Assembly (NCBI GenBank): GCA_017654855.1
Contig: CM030337.1
Location: 1,550,001-1,614,000, forward strand
DNA from: Podospora anserina
Lineage: Eukaryota
Reading direction: 5' to 3'
Length of the DNA stretch: 64,000 nt
The position numbers and the translations under genes were made by a program. A model generated the notes under the pieces. That model had not been told where the DNA came from. It saw nothing but the letters and a program-made list of their open reading frames with translations, and did no database searches. Of the stretch, positions 24,239 to 37,916 are shown in pieces (the stretch's first letter is position 1; each line of letters opens with the position of its first letter).

Positions 24239-27200
24239 GATGATTGATGGTTGGTGGATGAGATTGATGTAACGCTAGCTGGCGATTGACTATTGGCCAG
24301 AAGAATGGTGTCGTGACGGTGTAAGTTGAGTTGCCGGGAGAGGAAAGCTTTTCTGTTCAGCAGGTTGGCTGCGTGTGGTTGTTGTTGAAGAAATCAAGTA
24401 GATCTAGAATAGAGAAACGAAAAGATGTCCATCAAGGGATATCCAGAAGTTCGCCCTGTGCGGCGCGTGCGGCTTTATAAGGGGATCTGTCGATCTCAAC
24501 ACAGCCGTCCAGTCTTCCAACAGTGTGTCAACAAACGTGCCTCATTCACTGTTCACTTGATTATTTGGCCCCTGAGCCACCGGGTCGGTATCGGCTGACG
24601 GCCAGTTGGTTCACTCGCATTCAACGTCATTGGTCTTGCTGCCACTCATGATTCCGGGCTCAGAGTTGGTGAGACCACCTGGCGGCCAGCCATGAAAGAG
24701 GGAACAATCGTTCAGCAACCCCTTGCAGGTCAGCGCTGTGCCTCGTTACGCATGGCTGGGATCGGAGGATCTAACTGCAAGCACAAGGCAAATGTGTATG
24801 TAGCTGCTGACTGAGGCTTGACAACCGGATCCGAAGAGCACCAATCCTTTGGATGACTTGACTACCGGTGGGAAACATGTGGAAACATGTGAGAATGTAC
24901 ATCACGGGCAATCAGTAAGACAATGGTTTAGGTTTTCCGACGGGCAATTCCAGTGCTGTTGGAGATGTGACGTGTGTTAGAGAATGTGCGAGGTTGAGAA
25001 TAACGGCTGGCTGAGAAGTCGTGGTGATTCTCAGCCAATCAAATCGCTGGATTTCCAAACTGCTGCGGCTGGAGAGGCGGGGCGGGACAATGCCTGCCTC
25101 CAATTAGCGGCCGTGGCGGGACCCGAGCATGCGGGGAACCTGCTGCCGGCGCCCTGGAGGCTCGCTGAGATCCACTAAAACACAAACAAGCTCGCTGTAA
25201 CGGCCCCACCAGAGTCTTGGACAGCTTCAACGTTGGATTTCTCGTCGCCTACCTGCATTCGGTCAGTTATCTCAGAATCCTGTTAGTGGTGTGTATGTCT
25301 GACCGAGCATCAGCGAGTTGCATGTTTCAAATCGACACATCGGACATCAATCAACTGTTCTTCCGGTCCTGCCACGCGTGCCCCTGACGATCGATGGTCA
25401 TGCTTGTAACTCCCGAAAGCTCACCTTCATCACACCTGTCAGGCCACTTTATTGTTCAGTTCTGTTGGCAGTAGAAAGGCATGGAACGGTCAAACACTCA
25501 AATTCATGGCTCGTCCCAACATCATGGCCTCCCAAGACCTTTGCCACAGAGGTCGTGGAAGCCGGACTGGTGACCACCACACGACCCGTCACCAACATCC
25601 AGAGTGGTAGGACTCACAGGGCTATTCTCGTCATCACACACTCCTTCCCGGTTAAAACGCCGCCGGGATGCGAGCGAGGCTGTAGTCGCAGACCCCGCGC
25701 CTTGCTTCTCGTTCGGGAACCCAATGTCCGGATGACATTCCGCTTCGTTGCCAGTTAGATACATCTCATGCCCCGGAATATGGGCAGCTCCATCTCGTCC
25801 AGGAGGCCAGGCTGAAAGAACATTCCCATACCAATTTACAATAACCGTGGAGTCTTGTCTTCAACACTCACCTTGCCGGAACGAACCGAACAAGCTGATA
25901 TATGATACAGCACTTGTATATCCCACCACCGTGTTCCTGGAAAGCCGATATTGCAATCAATGATGGAGTGCTTCTGGAAACCACACCCCCAGGCAAAAGT
26001 CACACTCGATGACTGCACCCAAATCATCTTCTCGCCCGCCGTGTTCATCATCATCTGACTTTTGCTTGGGCCAGAGTTTCCCCGCGTTGGTACCCAAGCG
26101 AGGTGATACGGCATGCACGTGGAAGAATCCAGCCCTTCTGTTCTCTCTCCAAGCCTCCCCCTCACCACAACCATGGGGCTAACACGGATTTCTCCAAATT
26201 CCAACTCCAACCAACATCTGCACTCCACACAATTGCCGTGGCTTACACGATCCGGAATCCGAAAAAGGAGGGACAGCTGCTTCCCCTCTCGATACGCTTT
26301 AGATGCCTTGCAGCAACGTAGGCTACGCTAAAACCAACCGCCGTGAACAACCGCTGGCTCAACCAAGTGCCATCATCAATTTTCCCCAGACCCGAGCACT
26401 GTAATGGTCTCTTTTCTTATTCACCTTCCTATTCTGGCGGACACAGGCTAACTGAATAATACTAAACCCATGTCCCACGTCGCTTGATGGCCCTACGTTG
26501 GTCCCTCGAGGTAGCAGTACCACAGCGTCAAGATAATTTGCAATGCCGCGGCTGATGTTGTCTGCATATATATCTTGCAGGGTAAAAAGCTACTTCGCAG
26601 AAGACAAAGAGTGATGGTACTCGGTTCTCTGCCCTCGGACAGGTACCTATCCTACGTCTGCTCCCATGTCGGCCAAGGGTCTCGAATTCTTGGACGAGCC
26701 GTCAGCCGAACCCTGCTTGACCACCGTTTCGATCAACGGAAATCACAGACAGACAGACAGACAGACAGACAACGACCCATTCATCAGGCACATGTACATT
26801 TTCTCCCCTTGCTCCCCAGGAACCGACGTGACAACCATCACGAACGCCACCTTTCCTAGCGTCGGGACTCAAGCAGTTGCGCGAAGTTACGTTGTGGACT
26901 TTATCCGTCCCTTTTAGCCGTGAACAAACCCTGTCGTGCCATGCAGCCATTGCTTGGCCCCTAGCTTGCCAACCTCAACATCATTTGTCTTGGGCGTGGT
27001 TGTTGATGTCTGTCTGTTGGATCATGATGGCAGGCTGTTGTTCAACGGTCAGAACCGTGAAGAGGTGAGCTCTGGGTTTGTGAGACGAAGAAGAAAAGGT
27101 CAAAGCTTACGAAGTTACTCTCACTCGCTCGGGGGTTCTTTCTAGGTGCCGGAAAATTTAGATCACCAGAGAATTGATTATGGGAGGACGAGTGACATGT

Positions 27201-29598
27201 ACCTATGCAAGTCATCCTTTCATCCAGCTCGTATTATCAATACCTTTTACCAAGGGGACAAGACAATACTCAGAGCCCCCCAAGACCAGGGAAAAGACAT
27301 TATTCTGTTCCCTTGTCGTGATACACTACCCACTTCCAGACCCATTCTCCCGTCAAGAAGGCGTAGCCGAGGGGAAGGGTGTAAACGAAAGGGAAGCTGC
27401 TGCATAGAAAGCACTTCAGGCAATATATTTTGTTGCCAAAAACAAAAACAAGCATTTTTTTCCACCCAGGGCCTAACCGACCCGTTTAGGGGCATCGTGT
27501 ACAGCTATTCCTCCCGGGGATGAGCGATGTGACGATCTTTTTGGGCTTCCACTCTGCCGTGAGGTACCGAGGATGTCACTTTTCTCGGTGGGCGACAAGG
27601 GTAAGGGGGAAGGAGCTAGACGATTGCCATCTTGAACTATACCGCAGTAGTATATCTCCGTTTTCAGGGCAGGCATGTATGTGTACTGGGGGATGTTGAT
27701 GTTGTGATTTGGGCAAGCTGTGAAACAGCTAGGATCTCAAAGTCCTTACGTTAGGAAATTCATGGTGGACCTAGAATGGGACACGAGAGGTTACTTTCGC
27801 CTTTTTACCCTCTTTCCAATCGCCCATACATGTATGTATGCATCTTCCAGGGTGGTAATGAGGCAGGACCCTGAAAATTCCGGAAAGTGAAGGCAGGTAG
27901 GTGGAAGAAAGAACTTTGTTAATTTCAAGAACCGACCAACCCGGCCGAGACAGGTATCCGGGTTCGGGCTCGGAGTTTGTGCCTGGTGCTGCCGGCTTGG
28001 TGCTTACCATGGGATCCGGCCGGGGGGTTGGGTTAAAATGGTAGGGCTGTAACGTTTATTTAGCATTCAGTTGTGTGATATACTTGTGGTGGTGATACTT
28101 GGAAGAAGGATACCATGTAGCGTTCTTTGCTTTGCTTCATTCCGAGGAAGTTGTCATGCGGTATTGAGGGTCTGACTGTTTACCTACTTACGTTCTCACC
28201 AAAACAATACTCGAGCTCCTTCGATGCATCATTGCGTCGCCAGTGACTGCTGCTTATAGGTACTTGAGCACCAAAGTTAGGTATGCCAAAAGATATAAGC
28301 TGTCTACCTATTCAAGTTTATCCGACGCCGACTGCTTCCCTCCCTCATGGCCGAAAGGGTCTGGTGTTTGTCATTGATTGGCTAAATAAACCTACCTTAC
28401 CGTTATTATATGCATACATACTTCCTCCTCCAAATCAAACAATATCTGGACAAGGGCAACGTGCAGGTACTCTCCAAAAGGTCGGCAGCCTAGTTTCTTA
28501 ATTCGTCTTTGTTTTCTCAAACTGGCAAATGCCAAAGCCCACCTAGGGGGCTACTTTCTCCGTCTTTGCATAGTCTGCCTCTTCGGGTTTGGTCGGTCGG
28601 TAGGTACATTTAGAGAAACTGTCCCAAACTCCCGGTTTGAAGACAGGTAGGTAAGAAGCGAGCGAAATGTGCATCTCGCAAAATGTGCGTCTCTCGGTAT
28701 TTTTAACCCCCTCGATATTAATTGCCTTTCTTTTCCTCCTCACACCCTTGCACCTGTCTCCCTCGGTTTTGGACCTCTCACAACCTTACCTAGGTCTGCC
28801 CCTTCCCCCCCCCCAAAAAATGGTGCTGCGGACAGACGGAGTCACCATCATCAATGGTTCGGCCCTTCGGGCGTGAAACTCGGTGGCTTTTGGTACTAGG
28901 CATCCAAATAAGAAACCAAATCGTCAAACTGGCAAACTCATATCCAAAAACTGCTTGACCCCAGTTCCGTCCTATCAATGGCGCGGGTATGAAATCCGTG
29001 CCCTCTGCATATCTCGCCCCGAAATGTAGCAACTGCAAATTAGCAGTGGCTAATATAACCCCAGGATCGGGTGTTTCCCCCAGACTTTCACCCATCACAG
29101 TCGCACTTGATATCACACTTAACCCCCACTTACTACCAACGTCGAATACAACCTCCCTACCTTACCCAATGGCAGAAAATAACCGCAGTTTGCTATTCTT
29201 CCACTAAGGCAGCAGCACACCTGTCAAGTAGGTACCTTTCTAGGTAATGTTTGAATCGAATTTGGTATATTTCTGACCTCTCACCCAACCTACGCTCACC
29301 CTCCGAAACCACCAAACCAAACCACAAAAAAAAAAAAAAAAACCCTCCAGATAAATGCATAAATCCATCCCATCACAACCCTATCCCAACCAACCCTCTC
29401 AAAAAACAAAAAGATGAAAAAAAATGATGTCTCAAATCCCACACCAATGCACCTCCCTTCCCCCCAAAATCCTTGCCCAATGCAAGAAATATAACAACGA
29501 AAAAAAAAAAAAAAACCAATGAATTAATGCCAAAAAACCACTGTAAATGTAAAATGTTGAAACAAAGAAAAGAAAGGGGGGGTATCACTCAATCAAAC

Positions 29599-32500
29599 TC
29601 AATCCACATTCCACCTCCCATCACCACCACCCTCCACCAAATCCAACCAACTCCTCACCGCCTCTCTCAAAATACTCTCCTTATCCTTATCCATACTCTC
29701 TCTCCCACCACCACTACCCTCCTGCTGCTGCTGTTGCTCCTGCTTCCTATCCTCAATCACATCCAGTATTATCTCCTCCAACGCCCCCAAAAGCACAGTC
29801 TTGCACCTCGACCGCGGAACCTCCGGCGCCATCCCCCCACCTAGCCCCCCTCCCCCGCCCTGGTGGTGATGGGTAGCATGAGCCGAGCGAGCATCCCCCT
29901 GCGTCGAAGTGCTATTGCTTCTCTCCCTGCGTTTGCTCGTCGATCGGGAGGAACACGACGAACTAGCTTTGCTCATCATGTCTGCCCCCCCCGCAGCCAT
30001 GACCTTCTCGACCGCTTCGACGAGCGTCTCGTCAAGGCTGACGATGAGTTCCTCGATGAACTCGTCTTGTACCTGCCCCCCATCGGCGGCGGCCGGGGTT
30101 GTCCGGGCGGCAGCAGCAGGCGTCAGAGGAGTCATCGCCGCCGCCTGAGGGGATGGCGTCCTGCCGCTCAAAGACCCGTCTGTGTAGCCGGGCTTGACCA
30201 GGCGGCGGTAGTGGATGCGGGTGATGGTAAACGTAGTCGTGTCGGCCACGATGGCGGAGCTGATGTCGACCCATCTCTCTGCGTCCCCGTCGGCCGAGAA
30301 GGCGTCGGGCAACACTTGCGGGGTGGGCTCGGCTCGCATCGAGGCCTTGACTTGCTTGATCAAGTCGTTCTGCGCTGGTACGGCCTGCAGGACAAAGTCC
30401 GGGTGGTATTGCTGTAGCCAGCCGGCGACGTTCAGGGGGACATCTCCGTCGGCAGAGAAACGGCAGGACTGTTCAAAAGTGTCCAGGCCAGACCCGAAGC
30501 CGGCGGCTGACAGGTAGCCACTGCTGGAGGGGGAGCTCACTGCACTCTCAAATGATGTCAAGAAATCAGGCAGCGGTATGTCAACGTCAATCACGCCATC
30601 ATGGATGTTGATGGAGGTCTTGACTGGCGATTCAAATGCCCCCGACGGATCCGGGGTCCTCTGCAGTTTCGGAGGTGGATTTGACTGATCAGAGAGCCCG
30701 AGTGTGTCTGCTGATGCCCGCCCCGGAGAAGCAGCATCTCCACAACCACTCACTGGAGACGACACCTGAGCGTCAACAACTGGTTTCGTTCCCGAACCCT
30801 TTCCAGACTCTGTGAAGACCATGGTTAATGCGGCGCCAGAGGGCCGCCGCGCATTAATCGGAGACCCGGGGACCCCATTTTGCTCTTCAGCGAAATCCGG
30901 AGTCCTGGCAGTAGAATCTCGTCGACGCGTGGGCCAAAAACCGCTGATAACACTCCATCGAGAGCTTTGACGACGCTCGTTGGCACCTGTACCATCGTCC
31001 CTGGTGAGGCGCTTCAGGTCATTGGCGGCGACGCTATTGCTGCTTCCCGGCCGGCCTGGTGAAAAGAGATCAGCTGCCTGGCCTGTGGTAAAGTGCGGTA
31101 CGCTGGTCTCGGCTGTGATGGTTGCAGTTATGGCGGCACTGCTTTTGCGTGTGTTGTGGTCAACGCCCCTGATCGGGAGATGAGCTGTCCGCATTGACGT
31201 CGCATCTGAAGCCCGCCGCTCGTGTCGCCCCTCCATGCTCAGATGGGCCAAGGGAGGCGGGACCCCAGTTCCACGAGCATGCTGTGACTGTAAACTGAGA
31301 TTGCGCGAATGCGAGGGCACTCTCGACCCTGTTCGTCGATTGATTCTGCGCCGTAAGGATTCTTCTTTCAGTATCGGAACTACAAAGGAGGGAGGGGATT
31401 GGGAGAGCGTGCCAAAGGACGTCGAAGTGCTTGGCCGGTGCGCTCTGATGGTGGGTATCTGTTGCGATGCAGGCAGGAAGGCAGCCAGCAGGAAAATCAA
31501 ACGACGAGCCGCAATCTTGTTGTCGCTCACAATGATGGTACGGGCGGGTACCATATTGTCCTCGTCCGCTTTTGCCTTTTTCTGCAAGAAATACCTCCGA
31601 CGGTATTCGTGAGGACTGAGGGCCTGGAGCCAGTCGGTGTGTGAAGCCAGGAAGCTGGTCAGCAATGTGTAGATGAAGAAGCCCTGCTCCTTTCCACCAG
31701 CCCATTTGGCCACACTGCGGGCTTCATCTCGCCATATCGGCCATCGATTCTGCCCAGTTGTCACACGGGAGGCCCGAATGCCTGCCACAATTCTGGTCTT
31801 GGCAGCGTTTACTTCTTCTTTGATGTGACGATTTTCAAGCAGACAATTGGGTAGCAAGGTGATCGGCTTCGCATTCGTCTTTGGGGGTTTGACCGGAGCA
31901 CCGTCTTCGCTGCGGCGTCCAGACATGGGCATCGCTCGTGCCATGTGCTGAAGACTCGGCAGCGGATCGGGAGAGGTTAAATCTGCCTGTCTGAGCATCT
32001 GGAAAATAACACTCGCTGCTTTTGACTGCAAATGGGTTAATGTCCGCATTATGATATCCCAGTGTTGCGTGATGCTGTCGATCTGATCTTCCATATCACT
32101 GCTGAAACTGGTCTCAAAGGAGTCCACCGCGTGGCCAGGTTGATTCCCGACCAGAGTCCATCCTGAGCGCCGGGCCGAGCTGAATGATGATGGGAATGAG
32201 TCCTGCTCCGTATACGAGTTGGAGCCTCTGAAGGCAGGTCTAGCTGACGGCGTTGTGGTTGACTGAGGAGGCGGGGGAAGACTGATTATCAGAGCAACAG
32301 CATACATTGGCGTTCGTTTCTGCTTGGGTTGGAACTTCTTTTTCTTCACCTTGTTGTCGTCCGAGGTTGGAGGGAAGGGATAGCTAGTGCTCTCTTCGGC
32401 ACCGGCCGGTGTAAGTTTTTCGTCCAAGGGCAGGTTTACCGGAAACAGCCTCGTGATCAGCACTTTCTTGCGCTCATATCCCCGGCTTGCAACACCTGGA

Positions 32501-33306
32501 GTGGGCGGGGTCGTCATTGGTGGTGGGTTTTCCGAAGAGAATGACTGCGATAGTCTGCTCGCCCTCATGCTGGATCTGCCCATGGAACTTCGACCATCTG
32601 AGAACATGGAACCATTGTCCAGCGGCCGGGCCTCGGATGGTACAACGTGGACTTTTGTCGATGTTCCTTTATAGGCCATGAGCTCCGAGTTACCAAAGAT
32701 ACAGCTGGAAAACGTGGCCAATTCCTCCCGATACTCGCGCCATGCGCGCTGAGACTCGCTTTCCACATAACCCTGAGTCCGGCTGTGAACTGATGGTCTC
32801 CGATCAAAAGCACCCTGCCTGGTCTTGGGGCTTCCCTGCTGGATGATGATGGGACGGCCAGCAGTCGTGATCGGAGGTTTTCGGGGCGATGCCGGATTTC
32901 GTCTCTCCTGCACCGAATAAGAGCCGGCCGTGGCCGACGGGCGATCCGCATATCCGGCTGGGACGGCCGGAGGGGCCTGACTGTCATACAACAGAGAAGC
33001 CGCAACCGAACTCAGGGCATCTTGCATGATGATGATGCGCACATCCTGCACGCCGAGGTCGATATCGGCATCATAATCGAACACGTTCGTGGAGGAGCTG
33101 GTGAGTGACGAAGAGCCGCTGGATAAGGGGTAGAGCTGGTTGGCGCGATGTTCAAACAAGTCTTGCGGATCGGGAAAGAGCAGGTTTCGCGTGTGGATGT
33201 CTTCCTGTACCGATTCGAGTGAGAATGGCTTATGGGAAGACGCCTGAGCCGAGGGTACGGCCCCTGTCCCGGCCGTCGCACCGAGGTTGAAGAGTTTCCC
33301 GAGCAT
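29599..33306 (-). CDS. Folliculin-interacting protein (FNIP/Lst4-like), 1235 aa, single exon
   Basis: Long uninterrupted ORF. FNIP N-terminal-type segments VRIIIMQD, IFGNSELMAYKGTSTKVH, LITRLF and YAVALII; also RTIIVS..ARRLIFLLAAF and YHPDFVLQAV. Family recalled from memory, not searched. Confidence 0.8.
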   Translation of the reverse strand: MLGKLFNLGATAGTGAVPSAQASSHKPFSLESVQEDIHTRNLLFPDPQDLFEHRANQLYPLSSGSSSLTSSSTNVFDYDADIDLGVQDVRIIIMQDALSSVAASLLYDSQAPPAVPAGYADRPSATAGSYSVQERRNPASPRKPPITTAGRPIIIQQGSPKTRQGAFDRRPSVHSRTQGYVESESQRAWREYREELATFSSCIFGNSELMAYKGTSTKVHVVPSEARPLDNGSMFSDGRSSMGRSSMRASRLSQSFSSENPPPMTTPPTPGVASRGYERKKVLITRLFPVNLPLDEKLTPAGAEESTSYPFPPTSDDNKVKKKKFQPKQKRTPMYAVALIISLPPPPQSTTTPSARPAFRGSNSYTEQDSFPSSFSSARRSGWTLVGNQPGHAVDSFETSFSSDMEDQIDSITQHWDIIMRTLTHLQSKAASVIFQMLRQADLTSPDPLPSLQHMARAMPMSGRRSEDGAPVKPPKTNAKPITLLPNCLLENRHIKEEVNAAKTRIVAGIRASRVTTGQNRWPIWRDEARSVAKWAGGKEQGFFIYTLLTSFLASHTDWLQALSPHEYRRRYFLQKKAKADEDNMVPARTIIVSDNKIAARRLIFLLAAFLPASQQIPTIRAHRPSTSTSFGTLSQSPPSFVVPILKEESLRRRINRRTGSRVPSHSRNLSLQSQHARGTGVPPPLAHLSMEGRHERRASDATSMRTAHLPIRGVDHNTRKSSAAITATITAETSVPHFTTGQAADLFSPGRPGSSNSVAANDLKRLTRDDGTGANERRQSSRWSVISGFWPTRRRDSTARTPDFAEEQNGVPGSPINARRPSGAALTMVFTESGKGSGTKPVVDAQVSSPVSGCGDAASPGRASADTLGLSDQSNPPPKLQRTPDPSGAFESPVKTSINIHDGVIDVDIPLPDFLTSFESAVSSPSSSGYLSAAGFGSGLDTFEQSCRFSADGDVPLNVAGWLQQYHPDFVLQAVPAQNDLIKQVKASMRAEPTPQVLPDAFSADGDAERWVDISSAIVADTTTFTITRIHYRRLVKPGYTDGSLSGRTPSPQAAAMTPLTPAAAARTTPAAADGGQVQDEFIEELIVSLDETLVEAVEKVMAAGGADMMSKASSSCSSRSTSKRRERSNSTSTQGDARSAHATHHHQGGGGGLGGGMAPEVPRSRCKTVLLGALEEIILDVIEDRKQEQQQQQEGSGGGRESMDKDKESILREAVRSWLDLVEGGGDGRWNVD

Positions 33307-36300
33307 CTTTACCGACAGCTGAGAAATCTAGAGAGAGAGCGAGAGAGAGAGAGAGAGAGATCGTATACCAGACAAGTCGCGAGACTGTCTCTATTGGCAT
33401 ATCAAACGGCGCCCGACCACCGAACTAGCATCCTCACTGGCGGCAGCTGAGGCATCGACATGGAAGGACTGCTGACGTGGTCGAATATGTTATGAGAATG
33501 AGCGTTCCTGGAGCCTCGATAGGAGTTGGATCTGGTATCGCCTAACCAGAGGTGAGATGGATTTCAAAGGAGGGACGAGAGGGCAAAGACCAAGACGTGG
33601 ACGAGGACGAAGCCAGGGCGGCGCGTGAGTGCGTTGTGCTCTTGGTGTTTATCTGGCTCCTGACCAAGCAGGACGGACGTGTTATGAAAGAAGAAAGGAA
33701 TGGCTGACCAGCCAGATGCAGGCGCTTGGACAAGCGCTATGCTGTGCTGAGAGTGAGAAGTTGGTGTGAGAGAGAGCACTTGTCGGCTGGTCAGGTCAGG
33801 TATCGGGTATCAGATCAGGTCCGGAAACGGCTTATTGCGCCCGGAGAGACAGGAAACACGAGAGCCCCGCGTTGTTGGAGCGACAGCGGATGGCGGGCTA
33901 GATACCAAAAATCGGCTACCCGTACTCCGTAGTGTTCTTCCGAATGGTTAGCACCAGATCAGCGCCAGGTATGGTTTTTGTCTGGCTGTGGAGTTGGGTA
34001 GACCCGAGCAGGCCGGACCTGGCGATGCCAGGGTTCGAGGTAGAGATAGGAGGGGAGGGCGGGTGGGGGGGCGGCCAGGGAATGAGAGGGAACGAGAGAG
34101 CACGAGAGCTCGAGCGAGGGGCCGAGGGTGGTCCAAGATGATGCACAAGGAAACCAATGCAGAGAGGGATAAAGAAGGGAGGATCTGGTAGGATATACAA
34201 CTCATCAGGCCAATTGTACTCTCGGCAGCCAACACTCAATTGCTCTGCCTTCTCTCTCTTCCCATGGAATGGCGGTGACGGCGAGAGCGGCGGTTGGATG
34301 GACGTCGTTGCGTTGTTGCAGGGCAGCACTGCGCACCCACAGCGCACCTTACCTCGTACCGCGCGAACAGGAGCTGGTGGGGCACTCTCTCACTGAAGGT
34401 GGGGCCTGCCTTGATGGGCTAGACACCATGGTAAAAGTAACGTATCTTTTTCCATCTCTCCCGTCCACCACTTGAACCAAAAATAATTACCACTACCCAT
34501 CACTTATGGCTCTCACTTGCATCTTGCAGTTGTGTGTGCACGACACTCGCATGTGTAGCTACTGGTAGATTACCGACATAAATACAATGCCTCAACCACC
34601 CAGCCAAGGCCCAAATCCGGGGTACCTGGGCCAGGCTGCTGCCACCCTTCCTCAGCAGTCCCCTCAGCAATCCCCTCAGCATCTCAGTTGAGGGTCCACC
34701 AGCCTGCCGGCAGTTTCACTTCAGAAAGCATCTCCAAAGACAATCAAGCCATCCACATGGCGTCCAACAAGCAACATGTCGACCACAGTTCTACAACTGC
34801 CCGCCGCCTGACCTGAGTGCCACTTCACCTCGCCGCCCTTCTCCCCCCCTCCACCGGATAGCGACTCGTGTCTCCCCGAGCTTGCGGCCCAATGATTCGA
34901 AATCACCAATACCTCTCGCTCTGAAGCAATCGGCGTGTTGCAGGGGTCCTGGTGCTCCTGGGGAAACATCCGACAGTCTGGCTCCCAATCGTTGAAGGCG
35001 TTGGGCTGACGGGCTCACCGCCAGAATGATGCTCATCATCTTTCCCGTCGTCCCTTTTCCGGCAGTCGATCAACCTCTGCGCGGAATGAAAGAAGCCGGC
35101 TCGTGCCCGTTGACGCGTAAGACATCACAGCCGATGATGTCGGTGCAACATCAGCCATCGTCAGCAAAAGGCACCGTCCTCGCCAGCAATGACATTATAA
35201 TATTGCCCCATTAGGCTGTTCGTGGTCGGCCCGCACCAACCATCCACCCGACGACTCTTCCTCCTGGTGTGCGAGGCTCGGGCCTCTCCGGCCTGGGCTC
35301 AGTCTCACCCAACCCCTGTGATATCAGCCGGTGCCGCTTCTCTACATCGGTCACACAAGACTAGTTGGTGTTCGCAACGGCAACAAAAGCAGAAGACGTT
35401 TCCCGAACTCTGCCCAGTCCAACTTCCGACTGTATCCATCCATCCAGCAATATCTGACCCTCGACGACACCCTCTTTAAACAAGCCCGCTTCACACCTGC
35501 ATCGCTAACGTACACAAGCTCGGTTTGCGTAAACTGCGCGGCCCTTGTACACTGCAAATCCAATTGGCACACGACAAATAACATGGCGAGCGCGCAGCTC
35601 AAAATGCCCCAAAGAGAAACCCAAGGATGCAACATGGTCAGGCTAGGCTGTCCTGTTTGATTCCCTCACAAGCAGCGTAAGCCTTCTACCTATGATCTGT
35701 CTCTTTTTCTCTTCCGGAGATAACAATGCCGTCTTTACCGGCACCTTAGCATCAGGCAGTGGCCGTGTAGTATTCCCCAATTTCCTGTTGTTACATTGCT
35801 GGAAGTGAAGCATTCTTGGTTTATGGGGTCCCAAGAGATCCCGCAGGCCCTCGTCACAATTTATCAGCTCCCGGTCATTTCTCTCAGCCACATGTGCTGT
35901 ATCACCACTCGTCGTCCCTAAGAACTGGGAAAAGCGCCGTTTTCTTACGTACATACGAGGCCATATCTACCTGCTCTTGCACCACCTCCCAAGCTTCTTT
36001 TGCATTTCCAAGACCTGGGTTCTTGGAAACAAGAAAAGATCTGATAGGCTTTGTGCCTTAACAACCCCTCTCTAGCCATCCATGTTCGTTGTCCATCATT
36101 CCCCACCCCCACGTTTCCTCTTCACAACCCCCCATCCCGCCCGCCACTACCCACGTCAAGGCCCAGACCATAGCTTCGGGTATGGGTTTGCGCCAGCACA
36201 ATGAAACCAAGCGAGAGCGAAGAAGGGTCCCATTGATCTGTCACGAAAATAACCAAGAAGGCAGACATGTGTTTCCTTTTCAGCAGCCATCCACCCATCC

Positions 36301-37916
36301 CACTTCTTTTTCTGTGTGACCCCCTCTCCCTTCCCGCTCCTCCCCTTCCTTTTTTTTTTTTTTTTTGGGGGACCCCACACCGATCATCGGACTATGTAAC
36401 CTCTTTGCTTGGGGTTTAAGATGGGGTTCTGCCCGAGGGTATTGTAGTAGCTGCAGGTGCTGAGGGGGAGGGGAGGGGAGGAGTGGCAACGGGTCATCTC
36501 TTTTCCCCTCATCTCGAGCTCAGAGAGAGAGAGAGAGAGAGAGACGCCGAGAATTACCACTCGCTCGCTCGAGGCATCAATCATCAGGCGAGATTGATCG
36601 TGATGAGGGGTTGCATGATGTTTTTGATGAGCCTCAAGGGTAAGTGATGGCCGTTTTGAATTGTTGGTTTGTAGCCGCGAGAGCCGCCGTTGGGGGAAAA
36701 AAGAAAATAGATAATGCGTAGCCGACTACCTTGCATACATGATACATATGTAGACACGTGCATACATGCCCCATCGGGTCCAAACTGCTTTTTGATAGGG
36801 GGCATAGGGGTTTACCCTGAGCTGCAGAGGCGCGCGGGGGGAGCAATTACCGCGGCTATGATATCAATCAAAACCGTTGAGAGACGAGCGTACATGTTGG
36901 ACATTTCTTCACAACAGCCATGCACAAAACATACTGAGCATCATCAAGCCTGCCCTGTCCTGTGTCAATAAGGTTTGAACCTCAAACTGGCTTCAAACCC
37001 GAGGGAGGCAAAAAAAAGAAAAAAAAGAAAAAAAAGACGTCGACGACCGACCTGAGTCAGCCTACCTCGGATTTCCGAGTAAGGGAACTTTCATGTTGTA
37101 AAACGAGCACTGTCATTTTCTTGCCCCCTCAGAGATTGTGTCACCTACGATCCAAAACATAACGGCTGGGGAAATAATCCCTGGCTGTTGGTCTTTCGTA
37201 ATCCGGGGACACAAAGAGGCCGATGGCGGGCCGAAAAGAGAGGGTCCCAAGGAAAAGTCCAAGACTTTATTGGACTTGAGCCCTTTCAACAAGTTATATA
37301 CTGTCACCCCAGAAACCATCACCTTGAATTCACAACGAAGACGGGTAGATGGATGTACAGAGGGGCAAAATGATATTCCAGCTCTGAACGAAGAAAAATA
37401 AAAATGAAGCGAATACCCCTACCCCCCGAAAGTTCTAGCATGTAAGGCGCTTAACTCGCGGTCGAGTTTCACAAATCAACAATAAAGGGCTCATTTGTTC
37501 CGGTTTCTGACCGTTTGTCTGAGGCCGACGAATAGAATATATGCCGCCGTTATGGTCGATACTGAGTCAACAAGCAAGTTACTTTGGAGATTTGTTAACC
37601 CCAGGTAAAAAGGCAGGTACAAAAGCATAGCAATAAAAAAAAAACACAATACCTTCCTCTATCTCTATTGCTCTCCTTCTGCCATTCACAATCAATGAGT
37701 ACAGGAAATAGATCAACGAATCTAACAATACAAACACAATGCAAAACTACCGCTTCTTCCCACCCTCTGTTGACTTTATTCCTCAAATCCAAAACCTGAG
37801 ATAAAACACGCATGCCACCAGCATGTAGCCTCCTGAGAAAACATATGGGCCCGGCCAGGTTTACCTGTATCCCATCTATCCATCCTTCTCTCTAAATAAC
37901 CCCTGTACTCCCCCCA

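Noticed and set aside
33400..37890. 4.5 kb between the FNIP and CDF genes searched for a hidden gene
   Set aside because: Only short ORFs, (GA)n runs near 33329 and 36522, and poly-A/T tracts; no supportable model.
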